Shown here: positions 11,524-24,900 of the stretch, piece by piece
Layout: each line of letters opens with the position of its first letter
Numbering within the stretch: the stretch's first letter is position 1
Assembly: GCA_008632985.1 (NCBI GenBank)
Contig: QPGO01000017.1
Span: forward strand, 186,001-250,000
Direction of reading: 5' to 3'
DNA: 64,000 nt
From: Psammoneis japonica
Lineage: Eukaryota
Notes under the pieces: generated by a model
Database searches by the model: none
What the model was told of the DNA's origin: nothing
What the model saw: the letters and a program-made list of their open reading frames with translations, nothing else
Translations under genes and position numbers: made by a program

Positions 11524-14500
11524 CTAGGAGTAGGTCTGTCGCACAGCTTCGGTGCATTCATGACGGAAAGGGCTCACATTCAAGCCATCAACGAAGAGCT
11601 CAAGTCTTGGTGCTTTGGAAGGACGTCTCTCGACAGAGAAACCTTCATTGAACATTTGAGCTATGTAAGCAACACGAGTCTCGGACGGGAGCAGTGAAAA
11701 GTACTGATTGGAGTAGAAATACTCTTCATTCTCCGTGTCAACCCGAACGCGCACCTGCAGGGCGACTTCTTTGTTTGGATTTGTTATTTCGACCGCATCA
11801 TGGGCATTGTTGACGCTCGCAATGCATTTCAATTGTAACTTTAACAGTCTCGTGGGATCATTTCTCCATTCGCCTAAGCTGGCAAAGTTTTGATGCGTTG
11901 AAGGGCTTGACATGTAGTAATCGTTGAAGGAGCAAGGAGACCGGCGACAAGCGTCTGTAGGAGCGCTTGAATGCAACGTAAGGCGGAGGTATGCAACTCC
12001 AAGTGTAGTTGAATCCGGATAGTTGAGTCGTGGTGTCTTCACACTGTACACTGAGTATGGCAACAGCTCTGACCCATCAATCGCATATTCTTTCGATACC
12101 AGCAATTCTCCATTGACATCCCACCACTGACACCGCACGGAAAAAGAAATTCCATCATAACTATGTGGTGATCTGTTGATGATCACAACAGATGTTTCCT
12201 TCTTCCAATTACCTAATTGAATGTGAAGTGCCTGTCCACCCTCTACAGCAGCATGGACTCCCCAGTATCCGCCGTTCGTTTCAAGCCACGAGTCATACAT
12301 AAAACCACGAAAAGAGGGCCAAGGCGATTGTGTTTTCCAAAAGATCATGGCGGTGTAATACTTCCACATGTATCGTTGATAGCCTTCGAAAAGTCCTTTA
12401 ACTTGGCTATACTGTGCCAGTTGAGCCTGAAAACAATACTCTGACATGTTTGTGGGAGATCCATACATGTAAATGTGATCGTGTCCAACATCATCGGTGT
12501 ACGAAAGTAGTTGTGGAACTCAAATGCAGATGGAATGTACCCATCATTCTTGGTGGGAAACCTTTCCAGGTCTTTCCCAGTCAGATACTTCAAAAGACCA
12601 CGATACGTTGGAGTGCTCGACGCTCCTACCTCTGGCTGGAATCCAAGTCGCAGCTTGCGGGCCAAGGTCTTGTTCCAGAACCTCAATCCAGGGTTACGTT
12701 GATAAAAGCGAAAGGGGCTGAGGAAGCAGTAAGGTCCATCCCTCGAGGCCAGCGCGTACGTCGGGTCGTAGTGGGTATAGTTCGAGGTAGAAGATGGAAT
12801 GTAGAACCGATCTGGATCCAGCTCGGATAGAAGTGTAGCTAGACCATCTGCAATGTCCCGTGGCGGACTCTTTTCCGCTGGGTAAAGCTCGTTTCCGCCA
12901 ACCCAGAGCAAAAGAGACGCATGGTTTCTCAACATACGCACCATATCCTTTGCGCAGGCCAAATAAACATTGTGATTCATAGGGCTATCGTAGGAGCCTG
13001 CCCACCTGCCATTGTTATCGCCAGTCATCCAAAACTCTTGCAGGACTAGCATCCCAGCTTCGTCCGCAGCGTCGTAGAATTCTGGCCGTTCAGTGATGCC
13101 GCCTCCCCAGATTCGGATAAGATTCAGTCCCATCCGTTTATGTAAATACACCTCGTTCCTGTAACGCGAAGACGAGGTTGAGTATCTGTGAAACTGGTCT
13201 GTTCCGATCCAATTACCTCCTTGAAGAAATATCTTCACTCCATTGCACAAAAAGATTCGGCCGTTGGTGATTGGATCGACAAATGTGGTGAATGTCCGAA
13301 GACCAAAGCGAATGGTCGTTTCGCTGTGAATAGTGCTGTGATTATTGCTCGTAACGGATACTTTCAAATGATACAAATGTGGCGTCCCGTAATTGTGTGG
13401 CCACCATGCAGAAGCATTTCTCATTCCTATCGGTGGCGACTGAACGCTGGTTTCACAGTGATCACCAACTAGCTTCACGCAGGTCATATCACCCACTGGA
13501 ATATGAATCGACGACGATTCATTTGTCTCTACTACCGTCGCAGTCACTGTGATACCCTTTTGGTCACTGTCAGCGAAACTTGACATGGATTTGTGGTGGA
13601 GAAGCTCGACAGAGACGCCGACAAATATCTGCTGGGGCATAGGTCGTGTTATATTGGTAAGCGTTCTGACATGAACATTTCGAACCGAAACGGTTGGGTC
13701 CGCAAAAACAAGACTGATTCTATCCCATAGACCAGTGTTGCGATCCGGTGTTCCTCTTATCCAGTCCCATCCTACGATTATTTCGACAACAGCATGAGAC
13801 GATTTTCCATAGCAAACAACAAACACACAAACCACAACACACCTGCAGCGTACTGTTGAATGGCAGCATTCTTTGCAATCTCGTGGTCTCCCCCTTGCTT
13901 TCCCGTTACTTTTCCGGATAGTCTGGTGGTTCGACAAGAATCGCCAGAGTCATAATGTCCTCCTGCTGCTGCAATCCTTGGCGCAACAAATAGGTCCATC
14001 GATGAAACATTCCAATGGCGTTGGGTTCGGAGTCAATAGGCCGCTCAGGGGGGATGGCATGCCCATTGTTGAACACAGAGGCTCGATAATTCATGGACCG
14101 TATCTTGAGTCTCATATCGCATGCCAGAGTGCCGTCAATTCCAAGAGACGAACTGTTCAAGGACGTTCGCCAGTAGAAGGTGTAATAGTCACGACCCACA
14201 ATATGAATGTCAGGAATCTGCTCCAGGTTTCTGTTGCTCCAAATATTTTTGATGCCATCAAACATATCATTCTGGACCATGTTTGTCAAGACAGTGCCAG
14301 GGACACTTGGTGCAGGAAAGCAGTCACTCGTGTACGCGTCATGCTCGTCAAATCGATGCAACGACACGTCATTGCCAGTTAGATTTCTCTTCGTCAGCTT
14401 CTGGTGGCTACACAAACTCCATTCCACTCTGTCTGAACCAATGCCAATTTCGATGTCATGAAAAAGACATGCATCCCCGTTCGAGAGCAATAACATTAGT

Positions 14501-14580
14501 GAGAAGGTGACCAACAAGAACAAACGCCGCAAACAAGCTCGTTCAAAGCCACAACAAAATAGAGCAATCTCGTGCGTCAT
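11524..14580 (-). CDS. Glycoside hydrolase family 2, endo-beta-mannosidase-like (one intron ~13772-13843; two apparent 1-nt frameshifts at ~13915 and ~12503)
   Basis: Signal peptide; VPGTVLT, GMFHR, GGDHEIAKN, GWDWI..PDRNTGLWD, WWPHNYG.P.LY, GGNWI, NLIRIWGGG..ERPEFY..DE.G.LV.QEFWMTGD, RNHASLLLWVGGNE, DGPY, PEVG, FWKTQSPWP.FRG.MYD. Confidence 0.88.
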
Positions 14581-15203
14581 TTCGAGTGATGTGGTGTTGT
14601 GGGTGGCAGTATAAGATGCTTAGACATAAAGATGGATCCAGCATTGACAAAGCAACGACAACGAACTGGTGATTTGGATTGCCATCATGTGGAGCTCAAT
14701 GGCGCTCATGGTCATGGCCGGATTTTTAGATTGTCGTAGCTACTATAATATTCATACCCGAAGATAGCTAACGATCATAAGTGGTGGTAGCGACTTACGA
14801 CTCGTCAGTCAGTCTTGCTTGCAATCTTGAGGAGTGAATCAATCATCGTCGAAGTGGGGAAATCCACAACAGCAACAAGAACCGTCGTACTTGTAAAGAT
14901 GAAAGATGATTATTGTACGGAGAGCTTACAGAAACTCCCTAAATAGAGATCTCTCTCTCTCTGTTACAGTCAGAAGCTAATGCCGAGCGAACGGTTGCAT
15001 TCATTTGTCGTACAAGCAAAGATTCTTCGTACCCTAATGCTACGGGTAGCAGCAAACTATGAAAATCAATTTTATTTCTGTTTTCTTTGGAATGATTTAT
15101 CTCTCGAAACAGCGACGATCACATGAAGATGCAAAGAAGAAAAAATGCTGTCTTATTCTACGGTGATATACGGTTCAGCGCGAAAAGTCAAAAGCGACTC
15201 GAC

Positions 15204-16929
15204 TCACTCATAGGTCCATGTGGTTGTACTCTTGTGCCACGAGCGACAGGGGTAAAAACTTGAACCCGTCCTCATCAGACTCATTCTTGACAGAAAATTC
15301 TTCAACGATTGTGTAAACTGCTTGAGACATGACGTGGGATCAGCCGCGCTGTTTTGTATATAGATAAACGAGCCACCCTGTTTGTCCGCCACGTCACATT
15401 TAATCTTTTCCATTTCAGTGCTTTCAAATGAGCTTGTAGTTGTGACAGAGACAAGCGTCGACCAGAATGCGATCTTCATGTGCAGCTTTGAAACCTGAGC
15501 AATAAGGGATGGGTTGCGGCTTTCAACGCGACACCACGTCGGTTTGACCGCCAAAACTTTGGTATATTCATTGAAAGTCTCCAACGCGTTATCGCTTGAG
15601 CAGGAAATGCAGATTGCGTGTCCCTTGGATGAGCAACTCTTATAACGTCTGGATATTTCTGCAGGTCGTCCAATGTCACAAAAATGTTGAGCGCGACCGC
15701 AACTGCGTTCTTGTCCTTGACTGCCAATTTCTCGCAAAGGGAATGGATAATTTCTTGCTTAGTATCAGGCTGTGTGTGAATAAAGTCTTTCATGTCAATG
15801 CAGAGCCCGATTCTTCTCGTATTGGGTTGCCCATGCGTGTAGCCCCATCCAAACAAATGCACGCCGAGGGGAGAAAGCGCATTGACGAGAGGAACACCCA
15901 ACACAGTTCCAGCCGCAACTAAAAAGAGCAAACCTGTCGTGACTAAATCTTGGGCAGAATAATCCTCATCCACAGAGACGGTTTCACCGATAAGTGCTTT
16001 GGCAAGCCTCGTCAGCTGCTCGTGTAGTCCTTCGCCATACTGGTCCACAAAGCGAACGAGCAGCACTACAAGGGGCGACACAAAGTATAGGAGTAGACCA
16101 GCAGTGTCCAGTGAGACCATGAGAAACTGCCCAGTTCCAACAGCGTACCACGTATCGGCCACTGCACAAAAGACAGCACTTAGTAGCGTCACGAGGAGAG
16201 ACGCAACGAGGAGCGGCAACAGAGCCAGAGGAGCAAACTGAATCGACAATGCGGCTTGGATCGTACAGGCAACAGAAATCGCTGTTAGAACTGCAGTTCC
16301 TTTTGTTTCATCGCTAATCAAAGCTCCATTCTTGTGACTTCTGTTTTTGAAATATAACCAGAGTATCAAAAACGTAGAGATACCTATGAACGTAGGAGCA
16401 ACGGTCGAGACGGCAGGTTCGTTGCTTGTTCAGGTTCCAAGATCAAAAGAATTGATCCTGCCATATAGAGAGCAGGGAATAAAGGCAAGGGAATATACGA
16501 CAAACGCATTCAGAAACGCCCTCGATGCAAAGTAACGTGTTAGCTTTCGAAAGGGCGGCATCTTGGTTGCGACTCCGACGGCGAGAGGTGCAGCAGCAAG
16601 GAGCACGGCAGACGCAACGGCTTCGTGAAGGTCGTCTATCTCCAGTACAAATCTCAAACACGTGGAAATAAGTACTGCTATTCCAAAGGTCAAGGCATGA
16701 GTCGATGAGTCGCAAGTCTCCACCATGGAGACGGCCGCAGATAAGGATCCCAAAGCTGCGCCAATGCTGTTTGCAAAGAGCACCTGTCGATTAGAAAAGT
16801 CTGTGCCACATGCCAATAGCGAAGCACTGAACAAATAAGCACAGCGACGCTTGAGAGAACACGTGGATGCTTCAAAGGATTCTGAAGCGGCGTGCCGCGT
16901 TCCCGGTCCGATTTAGCTGCGGCCGTCAT
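15204..16929 (-). pseudogene. Multi-pass membrane protein with C-terminal degenerate NodB/polysaccharide-deacetylase-like fold; disrupted reading frame
   Basis: Collinear ORFs 16430-16834, 15476-16369 and 15204-15737 encode many TM helices then HG..TRRIGLCID / LNIFVT / KGHAI / KPTWCR / KIAFWS. Two 1-nt shifts (~16835, ~15625) and an in-frame TGA at 16430-16432. Either a pseudogene or assembly errors. Confidence 0.45.
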
Positions 16930-17320
16930 GGTTCTCGTTGCTTTTTGGCTTTGTTGTCTGCGTCTTGCGTCACGCATGAGCCAATGCCCAATGCAATGAC
17001 ACTCGCACACGAGAGGCGTGCAAGAGTTGGATGGATACCATGGAGAGCGCGCGAACGACACGTCACAAACTGCCGCGGCGCGCGCGCGATCTTTGTGTAC
17101 GGACGCACGACGGATCGACGACTTTCCATATCTACTCAATCACGATTTTTTATTTGTTTTCGCGGCTGCACCAGCACGGACAGCGGCACCATTATTTGCG
17201 CTGTCATTCTCAACAACAAGACCTGCAGAGAGTCTCAATCCATACTTCACTTGTAGGTGCTGATCCACGACAAGAAGCCAAGGAAAAGGTAGTGGTTGAG
17301 TTAGACGAGCAGCGTTTGAA

Positions 17321-19912
17321 ATGGAGAACCCGTCCACGGAGCAGGCTCCACCGGCAAACGAGGAGGTTCCTCCCGCCGAGAGCGTGCCGCCGTCAGCATC
17401 AGTAGAGACCCAGGAATCAACAGACGACGCTGCTCCTCCTTCGGCCGTCCCAGGAGCACCGACAGATCCTCGTCTAAAGTCCGCTATTCCTTCTAGTAGT
17501 ACGACTGTCACTGCCGTGCCGCCAAGAGTACATGGCACGCCGGGACCCTCGGTTGGACTTCCCGAGGGTGTGACGGTTCCTCTGGCGATTGACCGTTCCC
17601 TCTTTCAGGGGAAGCTTTTGGATACCCTCAGCAGACTGCCTGTTCATCTCATCAACGAGGCATTGAACGAGTACGATGATGCCGTAAAGAATAAGGAGGG
17701 TCAGATCCGAAATCATGGCGCTTATCTGTGAGTCACTTTTGTTTGCTTATGAGTCTTTTCAGCAGATGCGATTCTACTTTTCTCACGTTTTGTTTACTAT
17801 TATTCGTTCTTGTAACAGGTACGGTGTCATTAAGCGGTATACAAGTGTACAGGAACGCGCTCTCAAGGGAGAAGGAACTGGCGGTTTGCCAATGGGACCT
17901 GACTTGACACCGGCTGTGAACGTAAGTTTGTGGTTTACCTGGATTGTGGATTGTGTTTACACGAGTGAAAAGTCGTCGTTCGGCAAACTCATAATTCTGA
18001 ACGATTCTTTCTTCGCAAAGGAGCGGCTCCAGAAGCTTGTTGACACCGGATTTTGTACTGAAGAAGAAATGAACGACAAGGTAAAGAGCAAGATTAGGAT
18101 GCTTGCGGAAAAGGATGCGATATTCGCCATTGACGAGTTGTCGTCGGTGGAACGTGCCCAGATTAGAAACTTTGGAAGTTATTTTATGGGGATTATCAAC
18201 CGTTACATGAGAGGGGAGAGAGATCCGTCCAAGGGATTCTCTCGCCACCGAGGAAACGTAAGCAACATGCTTTGTCTTGAGCGAGTTTGTGTCTAGAGGT
18301 TGTCTCTAACCCACCATCTCACTGTTGCGCGGTTCTTTCCAGAGCTCCTACGGCCACAAAGACGACCGCAGGCACGGTGACAGGGGCGAGCGGGACTATC
18401 GCCGACGTCGGGATGATTCTCCATCACGCGGGCGTTCCTACCAACAGGAGAGATATGGATATAGTGGTGGCGGGAATCATTATCGCAGGGATCGTTCCCG
18501 CGACCGCTATGATGACGATCGAAGGAACAACATGGGACGTAGTGACTATAGACGTAACACCACCAATGATCATCAGCATCATCGTGATTCGTTTCGTTCT
18601 CAACGATACGACGATCCTCGCAGCCAGCCTGCTTCTCTTCCAATGGGTCAGCAACCCCAAGGTGCATACAGTGCAGGAACCACCGCAGCTATTCCACCTC
18701 CTCCGCCTCCTCGTGGGACAGCACAGCCACCACCACAACTCGGTGCATATAATCAGCCGCAACAAACGCATTATATGAATATGCGACAGCAATCTCAGCC
18801 ACCACAGCAACAGCCCCACCAGGTCTTCCAGCAGCAGGTGCAACCTCCTCAACAACAACAGCAGCAGCAATATGTTCCACAGACCGTTCCCCAACAAAAT
18901 TCCATGCCCGGTGCGTATGCATCAGCACCAGCAAGTGTCCCGGGCGTGTATACGTCGTCTGCACCGTCCGGGGCCCCTGGATCTTATCCCTTGTCGTCAG
19001 CTTCAACAGGTGTTCTTCCGTCGGCTCCCGCAAACCCTAACATTTCCGGAGGGTATTCGTCGTCTGTTCCAGCCACTGGAGGATTCCCAACAGCTACTAC
19101 CGGTACATTCAACCCAGCGCAACAAAACGTCGTACCACAATCGAATTTTGCACAACAGCAACCCGTTGCGGGTAACCAGATGGCGACGCAGCAGCAAGCC
19201 TCGGCCCCTCAGAATTTTCTTGGGTCTCCATCCTTGACATCTCAAACTCCCGGCTGGCAATCGCAAGGACAGCAGCAGCAATTGCCACCTGATATTCTTG
19301 GTTTAGCTGATCGTGCTGCCTCTGCTGTACAAGCATTAGCCAGCCAGAACGCAGCGGCAGCTCCCACTCCAGCCCAAATGGCTCCGCCGTCGGTTCCAAC
19401 AGCAACTGCCCAAACCAACTATTACATGAATAATGCAGCCTCGCAACCTCCTCCACAGCTCTCTCAGTCTAGAGGACCACGCAAGACTGCTACTCTTGCC
19501 GAACTCCCGACTTTGGTGCAGTTTGCAGTCAAAAACCTCCAGGTGAGTCTACTCTGTAGTCAGAATGGAGTTCAAAGTAGTTGTTATTGCTTTACAAGTC
19601 ACGGTGAACTCAACTTGATTCCATTCTGCTGACATTCTGCAGGCTACGGGTCATGTTGACGGAGAGCTTGATGGGGGGATTCTCGCCATGATTAAAGAGC
19701 TCCCGGAGCAATCGGCTTTGGCGGCACTTGAGCGCTTCTCTTCTATAGATACCTCCACCATGCGAAACAAATCAGTAAGTCGATCCCCCCCCATGGACTG
19801 TCTCTTCAATCCGTTCCCGTGCTTACGCAGTCATTACCGTATGTTATTCCCCATTCAGGCGTACTTGGCTGGAATTCTTCGCCGCGACATTGAAAAGTCC
19901 AAGCGTTACTAG
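17321..19912 (+). CDS. hnRNP-Q acidic (NURR-like) domain repeat protein with RD-rich and Q/P-rich low-complexity region, ~6 exons
   Basis: Three helical units ending [20 protein letters not shown] and [18 protein letters not shown] introns at ~17728, ~17922, ~18258, ~19543, ~19776. Confidence 0.7.
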
Positions 19913-20377
19913 TGAAATGCTCTCCTGCTCTTACAGTGTGTTCTTGACCCTCGAACTACCAAACGGGCGTGCTGGCTGGTTCGAAACGATTCTCGCTGAA
20001 CGTGACGGCGTTAGTGGTGATAGGAGGCACTGATAGTGTCAAGCGACATGAGTAGTGCAACTTAGTCTAACTTTCTTTTTACGTGCAATTCCCTGCGCTT
20101 GCAGTTTATGTCTATCTTTCATTGCTTTCGAGTGCATTCTTCTGACTAATCTTGCAAAACTACGAAACACACACAACGTTGCTAAGTTGAGACGTCTATA
20201 TTATGCTATTCTTCTTCCCACTGAAAATCATAGCATGGACTAGCAGTTGCTGCATAAGCAAGATCCATGTGCTTGAAAGCATAGACGGAAGCTGCGGATG
20301 TGTCCGCGTTCTTTGGTAGTTCAGACTTATAAAACTGTTCTTGAGTTGAGTCGCAGCAACGGAAGGAACGGTGGTAT

Positions 20378-21493
20378 TTACCAGCTGCCGTTCTGCAGCG
20401 ACTTGGAAATGTGTGATGAATAGAGGTCGTCAGTCGACTTGGCTCGGAATGTATTCGAGACGGCTGGAATGTTAACTGAGACGGGAGAGCCTTGGTTGGA
20501 GGACTTCTTGGTGACAATGCCAACCTGGGCGGGAGGGTGTTGCACGTCAGACTTGGCCTCGTTGTGGAGGGCGCACTCTTCGCTTCTTTCGTAGAGCTTC
20601 CATAATCGACCACGAGCAGCTGCCAGCTCTTGACGCTCAATAGGAAGTTCCATGTCTTCAACGGAGGAAAAGACTTGCATCACGAGGGCGTTGCCAGTCC
20701 CAAACATGCCTTCGAGGGCGTTCAGAACGCATGCAACAGCAATCGTAGATGGGCGATGACCCACAAAGAAGTAGTCGCAGGCTGCTAGTTCAGCAAAGAA
20801 GGACGTGAGGTCGTAGAAGTCTGCAACGTCCGTAGTCGCCATGTCGAAGATGCCATCAGCAAACAAGAAGTCCAAGAGGAGTGCAGAAAACGCCACGGGA
20901 GTAGGCGGATAGAGGTTCCAGGATAGCGCTCGTAAGATGTGAGCCTCCATCTCCGCAACGTCCTTCATCTCAAATTCACCTCGGCTCAAGTCAGAGAGGA
21001 TCCCCAAGTCTCCCAACTTGTGAGGATGAATAACCTTGACTGCCATGTATAGAGTTGTTGTTGCAGCAAGCTTGAACATGCTGCGATCACAACTGCAGGT
21101 AGAGAGGAATCGGTCGAGGTAGGATAGCGAGACCGAGACCACTTCTCGATCAATGCGAAAGTAGTCAACGACCCGGTAGGACCACTCGCATATTTGCTCT
21201 CTGCAGAACTCATCAATCCTGTTGTCCGCAGTTCTTGATGCACTTCTTCGCTTGTTCATGAGCTGGTAGATGTCTGTTTGCCACGCTGTCATGCTCAGGT
21301 AGTCCCCACATTTGTAATTGGACTTACGTTCTTGGCAGAGAAGTGCTGCCAGTTGTTCGAACACCAGATCCCTCTGGTTCGATGATTGACTTACGTCTTC
21401 CATGTGAACATCACCACCTCCCCGTGGTGGCAATTGAAATGAACGAAGCCTCTTTTGCCTCTTTCGAGGACTCATGGTTAGTTTCAGCATCAT
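20378..21493 (-). CDS. Diatom-specific cyclin (dsCYC family)
   Basis: Cyclin N box CREQICEWSYRVVDYFRIDREVVSVSLSYLDRFL, FKLAATTTLYMAVK, LSRGEF...AEME.HIL.AL.W.LYPPT, ELAACDYFF...PS.IA.A; ends in the family-typical SPVSV. Confidence 0.9.
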   Translation of the reverse strand: MMLKLTMSPRKRQKRLRSFQLPPRGGGDVHMEDVSQSSNQRDLVFEQLAALLCQERKSNYKCGDYLSMTAWQTDIYQLMNKRRSASRTADNRIDEFCREQICEWSYRVVDYFRIDREVVSVSLSYLDRFLSTCSCDRSMFKLAATTTLYMAVKVIHPHKLGDLGILSDLSRGEFEMKDVAEMEAHILRALSWNLYPPTPVAFSALLLDFLFADGIFDMATTDVADFYDLTSFFAELAACDYFFVGHRPSTIAVACVLNALEGMFGTGNALVMQVFSSVEDMELPIERQELAAARGRLWKLYERSEECALHNEAKSDVQHPPAQVGIVTKKSSNQGSPVSVNIPAVSNTFRAKSTDDLYSSHISKSLQNGSW

Positions 21494-22268
21494 CCTCTAC
21501 AAGTACCAGATAGTTCAATGGCAGCGCCCTTGAATGATACTTCCACCCACGCTGGACCCCAACCAGCGCCTGAAAGATTCACAATTCGAAATAAAATGGG
21601 ATGAAATAGCGAGTCTCGCTGATCCCACGCTCCTCCAGTTCTCGTGGGAGTTGTGGATGAATGAGAAAATTTCAATTCCACACTTTTTGATGATTTGCTG
21701 TCGATCTTGTGAGCGACTCTGGCGGGACTGCCGGCGCGGGCAACCTTATCCTAGATTTCAGTACCACGTCTTACGTGAAGATCGTCTCGTGTAAAGAGTG
21801 TCGTTGGAAGTCGGAGACATTTTTCGATAATTTCAAACATAATCGCATATTTTAATAAGCCTATACAGATTCTAATTCTATACTACATTCAATATGGACT
21901 TAACTTCGATAGTACATCTATGACATATTAATTTCTGATTGTAAATCATAATGTGGGATATCGATTTCCTACGGGAGTCGATGGTATGAGTATATTAAGA
22001 TTGGGGTAATAACAAAAAAATTAACATGCGTAATCAAATATTCGGCCGTTTATCTCAGATCTTATTTGCGCGCTCCCATGACCTGTTGCGTATAGTGCAG
22101 TACAAGTCTTACATACACCCTCCCTTCGTATGTAAAAGTCGTTGGAAAAGTCGTTATTGCGCGGGTCTTGTGAGAACGCGATCTGCCACCACAAAACAAG
22201 ACTCACACCCGCCAACGTGGTTCGAGAAGCGCAACAGAAAAAGACAAACGAACGCCGCAGGACTAACA

Positions 22269-22414
22269 TTTGCATGCAAGAGAGGCGACGAGACACGCAG
22301 GACTTGGTTCAATCGCCAACGGCAACATCGTATGTGTAACGTTTGCATGCAAGAGAGGCGACGAGACACGCAGGACTTGGTTCAATCGCCAACGGCAACA
22401 TCGTATGTGTAACG
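22269..22414. repeat. Perfect 73-bp tandem duplication just upstream of GPN3
   Basis: tttgcatgcaagagaggcg...tcgtatgtgtaacg present twice head-to-tail (22269-22341, 22342-22414). Confidence 0.95.
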
Positions 22415-22438
22415 CATTCCTGGTCAGACTCAATCAAA

Positions 22439-23448
22439 ATGGGACGATGTGCAATTCAAATCGTAATGGTATGTACTGCGGTATGTTTCATGTTTCAGAC
22501 ATACTAAAGCGATAACGCAATCGTTGACTGACCGAGTCTCACACTTGTCACTAGGGACCGGCAGGTTCGGGTAAAAGTACCTATTGCCATGCTATACAAC
22601 AGCACTGTGCGACTCTAACCGGTTCAAGGCGTCGAAGAGTACATGTTGCAAACTTGGATCCAGCAGCCGAGACCTTTCGGTATGATGTGTCCTTTGATGT
22701 GCGAGACTTGATTTCCGTTGAGGATGTCATGGAAGAGCTCGGACTCGGGCCGAATGGATCACTGATTTATTGCATGGAATATCTTCTAGAGCACTTGGAG
22801 TGGCTACAGGATCATTTAGACGATTTCTTGGATGATGAGTACCTCATTCTGGACTGCCCAGGGCAGTTAGAGCTCTACACTCACGTTCCAGTTATGAAGC
22901 GAATATTAGATCGCCTAAGAATGTGGGGCTTTGAATCAAGCATGGTCAGCGTCTTTGTTGTCGACTCAACCTTTGTGTGCGACACGTCCAAGTTCATATC
23001 TGGAAGTCTGCTCTCTTTGAGTGCAATGATTGCCATGGAGCTGCCGCACGTGAACTTGTTATCCAAATGTGATCTTGTAGATGAGGACGCAATTGAGAAC
23101 ATGCTCAATGTCGAGAGCGCAACGCAATTGTGGGATATGGAAGAGTATCGACAGCAGATTGTACACGGCGAAGAAAGTTCCGAGACTGATACCCAGCAAC
23201 CGGAGGATCGGGAACGGAGACGTTTGATTGAACAGCAACGACGAAAAAGAACCAAACTGACAGAGGCGATTTGTTCCCTGTTAGATGACTACACTATGGT
23301 TTCGTTCCTACCTCTCAATATCACCAAGGAAGACAGCATTGATCATGTGCTGACGACAGTCGACCACACTATTCAGTATGGAGAGGACCTAGATGTCCGA
23401 GAAGCAGAAGGTGGCGACGAGTTTGGATCGGCAGAAGCATTAGGCTAA
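22439..23448 (+). CDS. GPN3: GPN-loop GTPase 3
   Basis: MGRCAIQIVM|intron ~22469-22554|GPAGSGKSTYC, NLDPAAE, GLGPNGSLIYCMEYL, DCPGQLELYTH, ELPHVNLLSKCDL, IQYGED. Confidence 0.93.
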
Positions 23449-23489
23449 ACTTAGAGAAGTCACACATCTTCCTCTTTTTCAAAATTGAG

Positions 23490-23616
23490 CGTTCGAATGA
23501 TGATTCTCAGGAGCTCCTGGTCGCTGAGTATTCAGAGTCTGCCGTCACGATCCCACTCTCTTACCCTCAAGTGAAAGTAACTTTCTTTATTAATGATGCC
23601 GTCGGGGCTTGACCTT
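23490..23616 (-). pseudogene. Degenerate copy of the 3' end of the aspartic protease gene
   Basis: Aligns to 32231-32423 (gaatga, ctggtc.ctgagt, cttaccctcaa, aaagtaa, tctttattaat.atgccgt, gggcttgacctt) with an internal deletion of roughly 70 nt. Confidence 0.85.
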
Positions 23617-24799
23617 GCTTGCTTCGCTTCGTGCCAAGTTTTTTGCGCCAGTTGGTGGTTCGGGTTCGCACAATCCTTGTCAACGGACATTAGGCCCCAC
23701 TTATCGAAGGCCTAGTCTCAGTGTGACTCTCAGCAGAAAAAAGGTGATGCTGCTACTTTTCTCTCTAGACAGACTCATCAGAAAAAGATCACACTGAAGC
23801 AAGCGCATGATGTTTGCACATGCGGTGCCGCAGTCCATCTCCATGTGGCGAGTGCGACTAGAAAAGTCGGACAGTGCCACAGTTAGTCGTCACAATGGTT
23901 TTCGAGCACATTGCAACTTGCTCTCAAGATTGATGCAGACTGCCACCCACCAGTGCTGTCTGGATAACCGTTGTTTGGTCAATCAAGCAGGCCACCATCT
24001 CAAAATAAAGAGTGGCTCCTCGTGGTGCCAGCAGCCACAGCACGCTGAAAAAAGCACCCCACAAAATCAAAGGACTGTCAAATGGACAAGAAGGCACAAT
24101 TGTCAGTTTTGATTACTTTTTTCCAGTGTCTGGACAGACATGAAAAGCTCCACAGCTTGACTTGAGAATTGTTTTAAACTGGTGGTTTTTGCCAACAATC
24201 AGCCAGAGGAGAGACTACTCACTGCACTTGTGAAAGTTGCACCATGTCTCAGCAAAACAAGTGTCTCAAGAAGGGGGAGCCACCACCATCTTTGAAACCC
24301 CAAATTTCTGCCAAGTGGGTGTGCGTCATGCAGAGAGAATGCATTTGCACGAAACTGGTCTCTGCCAGTCGCTCATTGAGAGAGGGCCATTTGAGAACAT
24401 TGAGCCTTGTGCACAGCAGCAAAACAAAACAAAAAGAACAAAGCTGCTGCTGTTTTGAGGATGGCATGCCGTTGCCTTCTCAAAGGCCTCAACAACTCTT
24501 CTTGCTTTCACAACTCTTTCATGCACCTGTTGTTTTACACACATTTTCTCTCTTGCCAGCAACACTTTTGTGTCCTCTCTCTGGAAGGAACAAACTCCTG
24601 ATCACACAAGCAATCATTCATCATTGGCCAAAGCCAAGAGTGAGACTTTCATGGGTGGCTTCATCAGTGGTCATCTGCTGTTGATGATGCTGTCGCAGGA
24701 GCTGTTGCATTAAAAAGATTCAATGTCAGGAGAGCAGACACTTGACTGAAGTGACCAGATCCCAGGTTGTTGAGCTGTTGCATCACACTCTGGTGCATT

Positions 24800-24849
24800 C
24801 TCTGTCTCTCTGTCTCTCTCTGTCACTGGCTTCCCACCCATTTGTGGTC

Positions 24850-24880
<31 letters not shown>

Positions 24881-24900
24881 TCTCTCTCTCTTTCTCTTTG
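24800..24900. repeat. (CT)n microsatellite / polypyrimidine tract
   Basis: tctctctctc runs, longest at 24851-24872. Confidence 0.9.

Noticed and set aside
9890..13920. Programmed ribosomal frameshifting in HCAR-like, GH2 and other genes
   Set aside because: Each shift is repaired by adding one base to a short homopolymer (cgggaatt, ccggaaaag, tactttcg), with no slippery heptamer or structure. This is typical of long-read consensus errors.
22269..22414. CRISPR-like array
   Set aside because: Only two abutting copies with no spacers, eukaryotic context, no cas genes.
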